Position numbers and translations under genes: made by a program | DNA from: the human T2T-CHM13v2.0 reference genome, Homo sapiens | Assembly: GCF_009914755.1 (NCBI RefSeq) | Contig: NC_060929.1 | Length of the DNA: 64,000 nucleotides | Direction: 5' to 3' (one strand) | Shown: positions 1 through 16,214 of the stretch, in pieces | Position numbering within the stretch: position 1 is the stretch's first letter | Layout: every line of letters begins with the position of its first letter | The notes under the pieces: generated by a model | Seen by the model: only the letters and a program-made list of their open reading frames with translations | What the model was told of the DNA's origin: nothing | Databases searched by the model: none

Positions 1-425
1 ACACAATGGAATACTACCTACAATGAAAAGGGATACACATATTTTGGTATATTCATTAAATGTAATAGAAAGGAATGAACTATTAATATATACAACAACA
101 TAGGTGAATTTCAAAACTATTATGCTGAGGGAAATAAACCAGGCAAAAAGGAATAAATATGATTCCATTTTATAAAATTCTGGAAAATGCAAATTAATCT
201 GTAGTGACAGATCAGTAGTTGCCTGGGAATGGAGGGTGGGGTGAGGAGGGGAGAGAGGGAGGGATTACAAAAGGACTCAAACTTTTAGGGGTGATGGCTA
301 TGTTCACTGTCTTGATTATGGTGATCGTCTCATGGGTATATGAATATATCAAAATGTATGAAAACTATGTATTTTTAAATATATGCAGTTATTGTATATG
401 TCAACCTACACAAAGTTGTTAAAAA
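1..425 (+). mobile_element. Old LINE-1 (L1M, L1MB/MC/ME-type) 3' end fragment
   Basis: Typical L1M 3' sequence (acaatggaatactac..., tatgattccatttata, ggggtgatggctatgttcactgtcttgattatggtgat) ending in an A-rich tail; runs off the window start. Confidence 0.8.
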
Positions 426-3400
426 TGAATCAGTGACATTCATGTGAACTTGTACAATCTGAGTGGCTTTCGAGTAGATATCTGGCCGAACTCGGGATCT
501 GACTATAAGCAACCTCTCTACCCTCCATCCACTCCACTCCTCTGTAGAACAAACGAGAATAAATATAAGAATTTTATCAGAGCTAGAGTCTTTCATAAAA
601 TTTTGATGGCAGGGCTAAAGCTTAAATTGATAACACCAGCTTTGAAAAAAAAAATCCCAAAGGGAATAGCCTAAAAGAGAAATATAATCCAAAAAATAAC
701 TGTCATCCCTAACCTTTACATTTAGCATCTTTCAGCCTATTCACTACTTCCCTCTCTGGACCATAATTGCCAGCAATGGCATCAAGTTCTCCATTATGCC
801 ATAGGGTCATTTTTTAAAAACTGCCTGGATCCTCTATTAAAATACTGGGTTGCCTCATGATTAAGTAGTTTTCACTTTTTATTCACAATAAAAGCTCAGA
901 CTGGGCAGTTTATCACTGCTTATTCTACATCTAGGGAAAAATCATCCCCTATTTGGCAGCAAAAAAAGCTAGTAACTCATTTCAATGCTGCAACAGGCCT
1001 TGCCTGCTAGTGGGCACACCCTGGCTTCAGGAAGGCTTTGGATGTGTGAAGACCATACATTGCCATGACTCACTCAAATAAAATAATAAACCAGGCCATG
1101 CAAACTTAGAGAGAAACGTATAATTTTGCAGCCTATCTGCATCCGTTCAATTATGTCAGCATTCATGACCAATGTATTCAATTGAACATCATAATGACAT
1201 TTGCTGTTCCTGGTTTTGAGTTGATTTCCTTACAAAATTAGCATTTCATTTTTCCAATTTCAGAGCATATTGAGAACTGTTCGCTACTTAACTAAATCCA
1301 GAATTATGAATCCTTTTTCCTAATAAGGCAGCCCCTTGTGCCCCTTCCCAAATTCGATAATTCAGTTTTAAGAAAATAAATGCTTTTCAGCTTAGTGATG
1401 GGGCTCAGGCCTCATGAGCATTTGAGCGTTGCAACCTCACCTTTCACACAGGATGAATCTCTGGTGCCCTTATGCTCCTCAGCTCTTGCTGGATGGCCAA
1501 AGGAATAGTTGTGGTTAATAGTCACACAATAATCTTTGGCAAGTGATTATTGCCATTTAGAACCCCAAGTCTCAAGGGTGCATTTCTTCTCTTTTGTTTA
1601 TTGTTTCTCCTGGAGCTTTATCTCATAGTGTGTTGTGGTTATTATTACTTTTTAAAGCAATGGGAAGTTGCTATTACCTGCCTTTGATTGAATTTCCTTA
1701 GCTTGTTCTTTCTATTGCCACATTATTAAAGGCACCAGGAAACACTTTGTATTTATCCTCTCTTCAACGTCAGCTTCCCCTGGATCCTAGCTGCCCAGGT
1801 AAGTGAAATTTTCCAGTACCAATGTCCCCCAGTCTTCTCATTTTTTATTTCCCAGCTAATTGATCTGTCATCCTTCACTCTTCCTAAGTTATTTGCAATG
1901 TCTGGAACATTTTTGAAAAGTAAAACAACAAGGCCTAAAATGAACACTTAAGAGAAATTATAAATCGTCCTCTCCGCTTTACTGGAAAGGCAATATGGAA
2001 GGATCTGACGGCAAACTGTGTTTCCATTCTTCTTAGTGAAAGAATGGATGACCATCTTAGCTATAAAATTAGGTATCTTCTTCAGAATGTTCCCTCAGGT
2101 TCTCCTGTGGTTTTCCTGTTGGTATTGATAAAACCAATCACAGATTCCTCGGTCAGCAGTTTATTAGGCATTTGTAGAACTCTGATTTGAAATTCGCTTC
2201 TTTATGTATTTGGCCAGTAACTTAAGGACTATCAGAACAAGAGACACCTCTATGATTTTCTGAAATCTCTGTTTCTTTTAGGGATTCAGCAACCACATGT
2301 AGGGCAGAGTCATTTGCTGACCCACGAGCATCTTAGACTGAAATTGTATCAGATGGATGTAGAATCAATCCTGCATATCCGTACCCCTGAAACAAGTAAA
2401 AAATACAGTTGGACATTTCCAAAAACAGGGCCAAGCAGTCATTTGTTAAGAGAGGGTTGCTCTGGGAGATAGATGCAGGAGTTGGAATAACACATCCCAA
2501 ACCTCCCTTTCCCTTCCAAAACACAAGTCAATAGACCTGCCTTACATTAATTCATCTAAACTTTTCCTAACCATATTTGTATTTTCAGTCTGTATGAACT
2601 CCTGGGGTAATGGATCTGAGAACCACTGTTTAAGAGGATTGATTGTGTTGCCTTGTAGGAAAGTAGAAATGGAGTAAGATGAATCACTCAGGCAGAATCA
2701 TTGTGCTGCAGGACAGATGGAAAGGCTCGGAAAGCACTTGTGCCCCTCCCTGTTACAGAGCATCTGGCCATGCCTAGCCTTGGTGGGCTAAAGAAAAAAT
2801 ACAACTCTCACCCTGCCAGCTGTGTTTTCCATCTTAATTGAAAACTTACACTGAATCTCTATCTAATATGCTCAGCTAGGCAATGCAAGCCCTTAGCCTT
2901 TCTTTTGGTACAAGAAGTTGTTGACATCTTTCTGGAAAACATATTTACTACTACCTGTGAAGTTGCTTTGTACGACTAGGTGATATTCAGGGTAAATAAA
3001 ACGTGTGGCTCTTGACCCTTGGGGAACTCAGTGGATAGAAGAAGCAAACTCAGACAGACAAATAGAAGTTTACAATAGATGTAAGAGATCAAGTAGCTAT
3101 GCAGAGACATCAGTAAATTAAAAAGAGATGTTTACATATTTACAATAAATACCAGAGGTGCCCATCCTTGCAAGTACCATAATTAGATGGATGGGGGTTG
3201 GAGAGAGACAGAGAGATGCTCTCCACATATATTCAAAAACTGGGAGAAAATTTAAAGAGACTTGCTTCTAAATCTGTTAACACAAATGAAGAGATGAACA
3301 GTGTTCAGTAGATTTGTTACAAGAGGAAAGTACATATTGGGCACCATATTTTTAAGACAGTGAGTGTGATATGGAGAAATAGGCAAAATCAAATAAAAAT

Positions 3401-3524
3401 AACTGTAATGAAAATAGAAGAGGTGGAGGGAACTGCTATTAGGGCTGTGTGTATATAGGAGAGGAGGAGATAGGAAAGATCTGAGGTAGTAGAGATTTTT
3501 AGTAAAGTTCTTGGGAACTGGAGT

Positions 3525-3600
3525 ACATACAGTCTGGGCATCAGGACTTTTCAAAACCCTCCAGGCAATTCTAATGTGCAGCCAAGTTTGAGAACCACTG
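3525..3600. mobile_element. MER5 (hAT-Charlie MITE) fragment
   Basis: ccaggcaattctaatgtgcagccaagtttgagaaccactg matches a MER5 terminus. Confidence 0.75.
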
Positions 3601-4344
3601 ATCTGTATCATCCTACAAATGGCCACCAGATCAAGTTTTTGATTGCTTTCATTTTATTATTTCCTCTACCAAAAGATTTTTTTTTTTTTACCAATTATTG
3701 GGTAGGTATCATCTATTCTTTCATTTTTTTAACAAATAAATGGTAATAGCCATAGATAATTGCTTTACTGCTTTGAATCTTGGGCTTTGACCTGTATGTT
3801 GAAAACAATAACTACTTGTAGCTTTGCTTTAAAGATAAAAGGAGGCAATGTTTATAAATAAAGCATTTAACACAGTGCTTGCTACAGAAAATATGCGAGA
3901 ATAGCGGCAATTACTGCTACTAACTCTCAACATTATGACAGATGATCTTGCCACAGTCTCCGCTCCACCCCATGAAGGTATCTGGCTAACTTCCTCCATA
4001 TCTTTGCTCATGCTGCTCTTTCCCCTGATAATAGGTTCGGTTCCTCTTGATTTAAGCCCTGCCTTTCTGAAGTTCTACCTCCTTGAAATCTTTTTAGGAC
4101 ATGTCCCCATATACTTTGTCCTAAACAATCTCACCCCATTTTAGTATCCCTAAAGAGAAATTATCCTCAATAAAGTTGGTCTTGAATTGTCTCTTCATTT
4201 TACTATGCATGTTAAGCATTATCTCTGCAATTATGTTACAAATTCCTTGAAAGCAGGTGTTTGGTTGTGTCATCCATGGCGGGACGTGGGGGAGCCTGTT
4301 TATTGTGTTTAATGAAATAGTCATTCACATATAAGAGACACTTA

Positions 4345-4838
4345 GCAGATTGCAAGTTCCATGTGGGCAGGAACCTTATATACAGGATTCATCTAAATCT
4401 CCCCATGACCTAGAATAACACCTGATACACAACAGGTGCTGGTATTAGTTTGCTAGGGCTGCCATAAAAAGTACCAAAGATGGGGGACTTAAACAACAGA
4501 AATTTATTTTCTCGTAGTTCAAGAGGCTAGAAGCCTGAGATCAAGGTATCAGTAGGGTTGGTTTCTTCTGGGACCTCTTTCCTTGGCTTATAGATGGCGT
4601 TTTTCCTTGTGCTTGTGTCTTAATCTTCTCTTCTTATAAAGACACCAGCAATGTTGGATTAGGTCTCACTGTAATGGCCACATTTTAACTTCATTACCTC
4701 TTTAAAGACCTTATCTCCAAATACACATTCTGAAGCATTGGGATTTAGGACTTCAAAACATTGAATTGGGGGGGTGGGTGGAAGTGCACAATTCTTCCCA
4801 TAAAAATGCCCAATAAATATTTGTTGAATGAATGAATG
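4345..4838 (+). mobile_element. L2 3' end split by an MLT1 LTR
   Basis: ...acacaacaggtgct [insert] caataaatatttgttgaatgaatgaatg reconstitutes the L2 terminus. Confidence 0.75.
4441..4805 (-). mobile_element. MLT1 (ERVL-MaLR) solo LTR, MLT1A0/B-like
   Basis: gtattagtttgctagggctgccata...aaacaacagaaatttatt...cccataa; about 365 bp; degenerate 5-bp TSD gtgct/atgcc. Confidence 0.85.
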
Positions 4839-4884
4839 CCCAACATGTCCTCATTGCCTAATCCAGCATTACTGCTTAGTGCAG

Positions 4885-5145
4885 TCTGACATTTATTAAG
4901 CAACTATTATGTTACTATCTTAGGAGGCTGTGATAGGAAGTTCAGTAAGCTATGGTTCCTGCCTAAAGGAACTTACATTTTAATGGAAAAAAACCACTGC
5001 ACACAATTTCAATAAATGGGAAATTAATTTAAAAGTATGCACAGGGAATATGTAGAAGAGAAGGAAGCCATCTAGTCAAGCTGGGGGTACAAGGAAGGCT
5101 TTCTTGAGGAGGTAATTTCTTAAGTGGATTTTAAAAGATGAATGA
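4885..5145 (-). mobile_element. L2 fragment (left part, interrupted by L1PA)
   Basis: acatttattaagca...tggttcctgcctaaaggaacttaca...ggaaggctttcttgaggaggt; L2-like sequence resumes after the L1 at about 8961-9250. Confidence 0.65.
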
Positions 5146-5191
5146 AGCCCACTTGATCGTGGTGGATAAGCTTTTTGACGTGCTGCTGGAT

Positions 5192-6571
<1,380 letters not shown>

Positions 6572-6590
6572 TTAATCTTTGTTGGTTTAA

Positions 6591-8716
<2,126 letters not shown>

Positions 8717-8960
8717 GCAATGAGAACACTTGGACACAGGAAGGGGAACATCACACACCAGGGCCTGTTGTGGGGTGGGGAGAGGTGGGAGGGATAGCAT
8801 TAGGAGATATACCTAATGTAAATGATGAGTTAATGGGTGCAGCACACCAACATGACACATGTATACCTATGTAACAAACCTGCATGTTGTGCACATGTAC
8901 CCTAGAACTTAAAGTATAATAAAAAATAAATAAATAAATAAATAAATAAATGATGAATGA

Positions 8961-9250
8961 GAATTTCATAGGAAAGAAGAGCATGAGGCTATTGATTTTA
9001 GTATTAGGTGATCACACTGTCTGCAGAGTGGTAGATGGATGTAAGGTAGGGGCAGTATTAGAGGCATGGAAGTAAATAGACATAATTAACAACAGTTCAG
9101 GTGAGAGATGAAGGGATTTGGCCAATGATGGTGGTGCAAAGAAGTCAGTAGGTATGAGAAACATTTACAGGATAAAATCTGCAGGCCTTATTGGTAATTG
9201 AATATGGGAGGGGTAGAGAAGCAGAGGCATAAGGATAGAACAGCTCAAAG
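8961..9250 (-). mobile_element. L2 fragment (right part)
   Basis: cagttcaggtgagagatgaaggg...cttattggtaattgaatatgggagggg resembles L2 antisense. Confidence 0.6.
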
Positions 9251-9269
9251 AAGTATTGAAGAATTTGTG

Positions 9270-9427
9270 GCCATAGTTTAAAACCACCACAATCTGCAGC
9301 ACACGGGAACGTGAGAGAAATGCAAATTCATAGAGTTCACCTAGACCCACCAAACCAGAATCTCTAGGGGTAAGGCCCAGCAATCCGTTTTTAATAAGCT
9401 CTCCAGGTGATTTTGACACTGCTCAGA
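9270..9427. mobile_element. MER5A
   Basis: agaaatgcaaattc...cagaatctctaggggtaaggcccagcaatccgtttttaataagctctccaggtgatt. Confidence 0.8.
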
Positions 9428-9590
9428 GGCCCTGCTCTCATAATGAGAAACTTTTTCTATGTGTTCAGGAAAAAATATTTCCTTACTGTTGCTTCTAATA
9501 ACTCTCATTGAATTATTCATGCCCCAGTTCTTGCTGAATATCTCCAAACCAATTAGTTGAGGGAAAGGAGACATTATGGGGGTGGTTGGG

Positions 9591-9634
9591 GTATGCGTGC
9601 ATGCGTGCGTGCGTGTGTGTGTGTGTGTGCGCGC
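9591..9634. repeat. Mixed (TG/CG)n alternating purine-pyrimidine tract
   Basis: 44 bp of perfect R/Y alternation from gtatgcgtgc to gtgcgcgc. Confidence 0.9.
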
Positions 9635-10582
9635 TAGGAAAAGAAGTGGGGAGAATGCCCAAACACAAATGATCTCTATGCATCAAAAGATTTTCCAAAA
9701 TCTGATTTTCATTATTTATTACTTAAATTTAATGTGTGGCCAAGCTTTTCTAGTAAGGTTTTTCTAGTAAGGTTGCAATTAAAAGAAAATGTAAGCAGAT
9801 CACAGAAAACGTCATACTTTGGGGGCAGGCTTTGGAAAGCACAAATTTATTTACTTATTTATTTGTTTATTTATTGTCACTCACTGTACTACCCAGGCCT
9901 ACTAAAAAGAGGATGCATTAAAATAACTAGCTGGTCAATATCCCCATCAATGTTTTAGCATAACCCCACGGTAGAATCAATAACGGTGACCCTAATGCAA
10001 TGACCTTTGAAGTCCAAACTCTTCTGCCTCACAGGTTATTTCCAATCAACTTAATACAAAAGGTTCAGGTGCAAAACCAAATGGTTCAATTCCTGGAGCA
10101 TCATTAGTAGTTAAGTAATTAAACAATCACTCACTTATTAACTTTTCTAGGTACCTTGGTCACGCTTGACAATACCAAGATTGCCTGGTAATTATATAAA
10201 TTATTCCTATTCCCTGTTTAGTAGTTACCCAAAAAATATATTTTCAGAAAGAATATATAACAGACAGGGACATAACCTTCAAAGTGGGGTTTGGGGGAGT
10301 AGAAAAAAGGTGACAAATTCTCCTAAAGAAGAATTGCTAATTCAGAAAACATGTTGGGAGCAAGCGGTGTGAAGTGGTAAAAACAACAATTTGTTTCCTG
10401 TATAGTTCGAAATTTTAATAATAAGCATGAGCACTTCATAATTAGAATAACAAAGGTATTGTCATTTAAAATTAAAATAAAAAGGAAGGAAAAAACCTGG
10501 ATGAAGGAAAAAGCACAGGGATCGAAGTCAGAATGTCCTGGTTCAATTCCTGATTCTACAACTTACTAGCTGTGTGACCTTG

Positions 10583-11210
10583 TGTCAGAGGTGTTTGAAC
10601 CAGAGCAACTCCATTTTGAATAGAAGCTGGGCAAAATAAGGTTGAGACCTACTGGGCTGTATTCCCAGGAGGTTAGGCATTCTAAGTCACAGGATGAGAT
10701 AGGAGGTAGTTACAAGATACAGGTCGTAAAGACCTTGCTGATAAAACAGTTTGCAGAAAAGAAGCCAGCCAAAACCCACCAAAATCAAGATGGTGAAGAG
10801 AGTGACCTCTGGTTATCTTCAAGCCTCATTATATGTTAACTTTAATGCATTAGCATGCTAAAAGACACTCCCACCAGTGCCATGACAGTTTACAGATGGC
10901 ATGGCAACATTCGGAAGTTACCCTATATGGTCTAAAAAGGGGAGGAACCCTCAGCTCTGGGAATTGTCCACCCTTTTCCCGGAAAACTCATGAATAATCC
11001 ACCCCTTGTTTAGTACAGACTCAAGAAATAACCATAGAAATGGGCAACCAGCAAGTCCTGGGGCTGCTCTGGCTGTGAAGTAGCCATTCTTTATTACTTT
11101 ACTTTCCTAAAAAACTTGCTTTCGCTTTACTTTATGCCCCAAATTCTTTCTTGCATGAGACCCAAGAACCCTCTCTTGAGGGTCTGAATCGAGACTGCTT
11201 TCTGATAATG
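10583..11210 (+). mobile_element. MER41B (ERV1) solo LTR
   Basis: Starts tgtcagaggtgtttgaaccagagcaactccat; about 630 bp; exact 4-bp TSD CTTG (10579-10582 / 11211-11214). Confidence 0.92.
10976..10984. promoter_or_regulatory. GAS (STAT1) motif TTCCCGGAA inside MER41B
   Basis: Exact TTCN3GAA; the upstream partner site is degenerate (CTCTGGGAA, 10955-10963); function untested. Confidence 0.6.
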
Positions 11211-11988
11211 CTTGGACATGCTACTTAGCTGCTCTGGGCTTCAGTGTTCTTATCTTTAAAAGAGATATGTGTACCTCCAATGGTGGGTATAATATTAAAG
11301 GAGCTATTAATAATATATGTAAAGCACTCAGCACAAGCCTGTCAAGGTGTATATTCAACAATAGTAGCTTTTTGCTGCTGTTAGTAGCTTTTGGCTCAGC
11401 TGAGATCAGAATTTAAATCTCAGTTCTCCTACGTACTAACTATATGTACTTGGTCCAATAATTTCACCTCTATAAGCCTTGTTTGTTGGTTGGTTTTTGA
11501 GATATGTAAAACATGACAAGATTATCTATCATTCAAGGCTTCAGAGAACACAGAGCAGACATTTAAGAAATGATGGCTATTCTACGTTAGCTCTTTAAAA
11601 TGGATTTTAACTTTCACGTCAATTTGCCTTTGCCTGCTACTTGGGCTCAGTTCAGTCCTTAGTACTGTCCTGTCCACACTGGCAATGGCAGGGAACTCTC
11701 TTCTTAAAGAAGAGATGGTTTTCTTCATTTTGTGTTTGTGGGAAGGCCCTCTTACATATGCCTGCCCTCAGATTGTCCCAGAACCAGAGTATGGAGACCC
11801 CACAAACCATGGGGAAAAAGATAAAATCATGCCTTTGAATAAGCAAACAGAGATGATCTCAGACATATACTGTAGATGTTTTCTCATTTTTTACCAACAC
11901 AGTCCCTGTCTTATTAGAATGTATTCTCAGCCATCTGGCTTCCATCGAAGCCTAAAATTCAGTCAGGCACAATAAGACAATATTATAA

Positions 11989-12533
11989 TGAAAGAAAACA
12001 AAATATTTTACCCCAAAATATAATTCTTGGACATATTTTGAGATGGCTGTTCAGAGAGCCAGCAAACAGAATTAGCCCTGCGAAGCTGTCTTTTTTGGGG
12101 GAGATTTGCATCTGTAGAGAAAATCCGCATTGAGGAAGCCAGGCTTTCTCTGAGGGCCCTCTCTCAACCAGACCTAGGAAAGATGAACTGAGAGTCTGAC
12201 ATCTTTCAAGATCTGAAAGAAACATTCACCACCTATCCTCTCTGAGAGCTGCTACCTTGAAGTTTCATCTACATAACAAGACCACCTTTGCTAGCAAGGA
12301 TTCCTCTTCCCGTCCCATACATGTTTTGCCACTCACCAAACCCCCATTCTTTCTGGAACTTCAAGATGGTATAAAAGCATCAACCATCTGGACATTTTTT
12401 AAGTTCTATTTTATATGACTCCCACACACATTAATAGCTTTGCATACCCTTTCTTCTATTAATCTGTCTTTTGTCAGTTGATTTTTAGCAAATCTTCAGA
12501 CGGCAAGGGGGAAGTTTTCCATTTGCCCCTATG
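11989..12533 (+). mobile_element. ERV1 solo LTR, MER39/MER34 group
   Basis: tgaaag...aaaatattttaccccaaaatata...gggagatttgcatctgtagagaaaatc; TATA-like tataaaa at about 12370; exact 4-bp TSD ATAA (11985-11988 / 12534-12537). Confidence 0.85.
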
Positions 12534-12549
12534 ATAAGAACTGGTTGAA

Positions 12550-13785
12550 GAAGATGACATAAAAATACAAAACCATAAAAGAAAAAGTGATTAGATGTGA
12601 CTACATTAATTTTGTTTGTTTATTTTAGCATCTCTATGGCAAAAAGACAACATAAAAATAAAATGTCAAATGATACATGAAAAAAATTGCAACATGTATT
12701 GTAGTCTAAGCATTAATGCTCTTAATACCATATACAAAGAGCATTTGCAAATCATTAATATGAAAAAGACCAGTATCTCATTAGAAAAAAATAGGCAAAG
12801 GATAGAAAGAGGACATTCACAAAAGAAGACATACAAAGGATGAATAAACAAAGGAAAAATGGTCAACATAACTAGCAAACAAATAAAAGTAAAGTTTCAT
12901 CAGATGGTCAAAGGTTTTATAAACAGAGGATTTTTGGTGTTTGAGAGGACATGGAAAATGGTATTTTGTATACTGTTGATAGAAACTTTCAGAAGGGCCA
13001 CATCTATTTGGTAACATGTACCAAAAACTTAGTGTGCATATTATTTGATCTCATAATTCCATTTTTAGGAATTCATCCTAAGATAAATGTATATAAAAGG
13101 ATATTTGCAACAGAATTGTTTAAAATAGAAAAAAGTAAAACAAGCTAAAAATCTAGCAATATGTCATTGATTAAAAACAATAATGAATCAATGCCTTAAC
13201 CATACAGCAGAAAACATACTTTCATTAATTATATATATCATCGAATTATACCTATTGGGAATAGATACCAATCCAGGCAGAGAAACTAGCTTGTGCAAAG
13301 GCCCTATAATGGGAAGGGCTCCAACTCCACATGGGTTTTTGCAATCAGTTTTACCTTTGCGGGAGTCTACCCTAAGTTAAGCCTGAAGGTGAAACTTCAC
13401 TAATCAGGGCCCCTATCTTTTGTGTTCATTGCTATTTGCCAAGTGCTTTGCACAGCCCTGGCACAATACACCTGTTAAACTGCTCTGCATGCCATTTCTA
13501 TAGAAGTGTTTCTCTGTGGGTATATGGAAGGATGCTCACAAAATGTTAACAGTGGTGACCTCTAAGTTGAAGCGCTTGGGGGATGCTTTCTTCTTTCTAT
13601 TTTTATGTGTTGCTTGAAATGTTAATGATAACCATGAGTTGGCTTCATAATTAGAAATAATTGCGTTATTGTTCTTTTAAAAGTTTATGAAGAAGAAAAA
13701 GATCTGGATGTAACAGAAAGTACCTACTAGCCATTGAATTCAGATATTTTTGGTTTATTTCTTGAACGTAGTCTCTTACACTTCT
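12550..13785 (+). mobile_element. Old L1M (L1ME-like) ORF2 3' and 3'UTR fragments with small interruptions
   Basis: Degenerate ORF2 translation (IYKEHLQI, KNRQR, LFDLIIPFLGIHPK); 3' end motifs near 13530-13785. Confidence 0.7.
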
Positions 13786-13899
13786 ATCAAAGGCTACAAA
13801 CAAGGCAGCCACACCTCACTGTCAGTGGCTGAAAAGGCACCTGACACTGACACAGTCTGGGGACAGTCAACAGTATTTGGGCCACATTCAGAGAGAAGC

Positions 13900-14270
13900 C
13901 ACCCCCAACCCCAGACCTGCCATGCTGGCTGCCCCTCCATGGAAAGGAATGTTCTTCCCCTCCTTCCACCACCTGGCAGCAACACACCACTTATCCTTTT
14001 ACTCCTAACTCAGCCTCACCTCCTCTGGAAGCTTCCTCGATCCTGGCGCTTTTCCTCTACGTCCCTGCAATGCTCTCTTCATTCCTCTTGCATCACCATC
14101 TCTCTTGGGTTCTAAGTGATCCATTTACTTACCTGTCTCATTCATTCTCATGAGCTCCTTGAAAGCAGGAAGGCTGTTTTACTCTATAGTTAATAGTTTT
14201 ATGCTATTTGCAGGCCCAGCCTATCACCCAATATATAGCAGAAGCTCAATAAGTACTTGTGAATGAACAA
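13900..14270 (+). mobile_element. L2 3' fragment
   Basis: tgagctccttgaaagcagga...gaagctcaataagtacttgtgaatgaa. Confidence 0.65.
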
Positions 14271-15226
14271 GCAGACAGTAGCAACTTTATCCTCGGCTTT
14301 GCCATACAGCTATTACTATGCCCTAAGAAACTTTCCCACACCTCAAGTTCTTTTGTAGCTGGCTTGGCCTAGCCCTCCAGCTGTGTCAGGCACTCTGCAG
14401 ATATCAATTCACATGACTACATTCCTGGTCTGAGGGATGGAGGTGGTTTACCTCCCAAACATCAGGGAGGTCAAAGGACGCCACCCTTATGTATCCTCTG
14501 ACTGCCACAAACTCTGTTCAAATAAAAATAAGATGGGAGACCAGTTTAAAGTAAGATCAAAGCTTCTGAGGCTTGTCATGTGTCCAGACACCAAAGCATT
14601 CTGAAGGAAAAGGCAGTATTTCTCCAATCCACGTTTTACCAGTGGATAGAAAGCACATGCTGATCCTGATCCTTGCCACCCTGCAAGCAGAACTTTCTCA
14701 CACATGAAAGGGCTCTGGGTACCCAGCAGTTACATTTTCTTACTGTGAACCCCTCTACCCGTGAGCTTCCAGGTGGGTTTATGCCAAGCAAGCCCTGGGC
14801 AGCCCAAGTTATAGAAATGTTACTGGAACAAAGAAGAAAAACAAAAACTGTGAAGTTATGTGTGTTGACAGACTGGCAATGTTTTTATCTGATTCAGTAA
14901 GCTTTTCTCTGAGGTTTAGCAGGAATTGCAAATGCTAAGCTGTTCCACCTGAGTTGAGCTTTTAAAATGCTGCTGCTTTGGAATCAGAACTGTAGGAAAT
15001 AATAATGTTTCCATTAACAACAAGAAACAGTGTTAGAACAGTATCTTTCTAGTACTTCAAAAGCAGGACAGGGGCCTGGGGTGAGACTCCTGGGAAGCAC
15101 ATGGGCAACATTAGCTTCCAGGTCATTCTCACCCTGCCCTCTTCATGCCTAACAGTGACTTCCTTCTAGGAATATATTTCATGGAAAAATCCAAAATACA
15201 GGGAGGATCTTCCACTGTTTATATTA

Positions 15227-15332
15227 GGAAGAAAGGAAGGGAGGGAGGAAGGAAAAAAGAAAAGAGGGAGAGAGGGAAGGAAAAAAGGAGGGGAGAGAGG
15301 GAAAGAAGGACAGAAGGGAGGAAAAAAGAAAA
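15227..15332 (+). repeat. GA-rich polypurine low-complexity tract
   Basis: About 105 bp of almost only A and G. Confidence 0.9.
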
Positions 15333-16214
15333 GATTAGTCTAAAAACCTACCATTTACAGACATTTAAGAAATTAACATATTTCTAGTGACTAGTTTATT
15401 GTGACTCCATTAAAATTATTTTGAAGAGTATGCAACAACATGGAAAATGCTTACTATATGACTTTACGAGAAAATACAGAATATGAATACATTATAATCA
15501 CATAATTTTGGGAAAGACAGAAAATATAAAGACAAAAGTAAACAAAAATTAACAATTCAATCACCCAGGGAACTATTATTAACAGCATGTTTTCATCCAG
15601 TCATTTTTTAGTTCATGTAGGTACATACATACGCAAACATGTATTTTAATAAAATAAAATTGAGATCTCATGATGTATACTTACCTTTATATCCTACCTT
15701 TTTTATACATTTTATTTATAAGCTTTATATATTCTTTAAAAATACGATTGTCAATACTTGCATAGAAGTCTATCATATGAACATCCCACAATATATTATG
15801 TTGAACCATATAAAAATGCTGCTTTGTAGGTCAACATTTTATATGATTCAATAATTTTACATTAGTAGTTTTAAATGATTTCACTTGGTATTTATCTAAT
15901 TCTCATGTGGAGCACTTGGGTTATATTAATTACAATGCAATCATTATAAATAAATATTTAGTGCCTTTTCACTTATTTCTACAAGGAAAATTTGTAGATA
16001 AGCATATTTTTTAAGATCCCTCAAATGTTTTTTCATTTTGCCCTTCAGAAAACTTGTACCTATCTACATTCCCATAGTAGTCCTTCTCATATTGTTTCTA
16101 CTGCACTCCAAATGCAAGAAACTGCTTATATTTTCTATTTCACACATGATGTTCTAGAAAAAGATGTCATTTTTTTCATTCTTGCCATTTAAGATAACAG
16201 TTTCCCCAGAATAG

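Larger units (their letters stand above)
10515..11375 (+). mobile_element. MIR split by MER41B
   Basis: cctggttcaattcctgattctacaacttactagctgtgtgaccttg | gacatgctacttagctgctctgggcttcagtgttcttatctttaaaa is a continuous MIR core once the LTR is removed. Confidence 0.85.

Noticed and set aside
1750-1806. Consensus donor CAG|GTAAGT with a possible 25-nt micro-exon
   Set aside because: No supporting reading frame or partner exons; isolated consensus donors are frequent.
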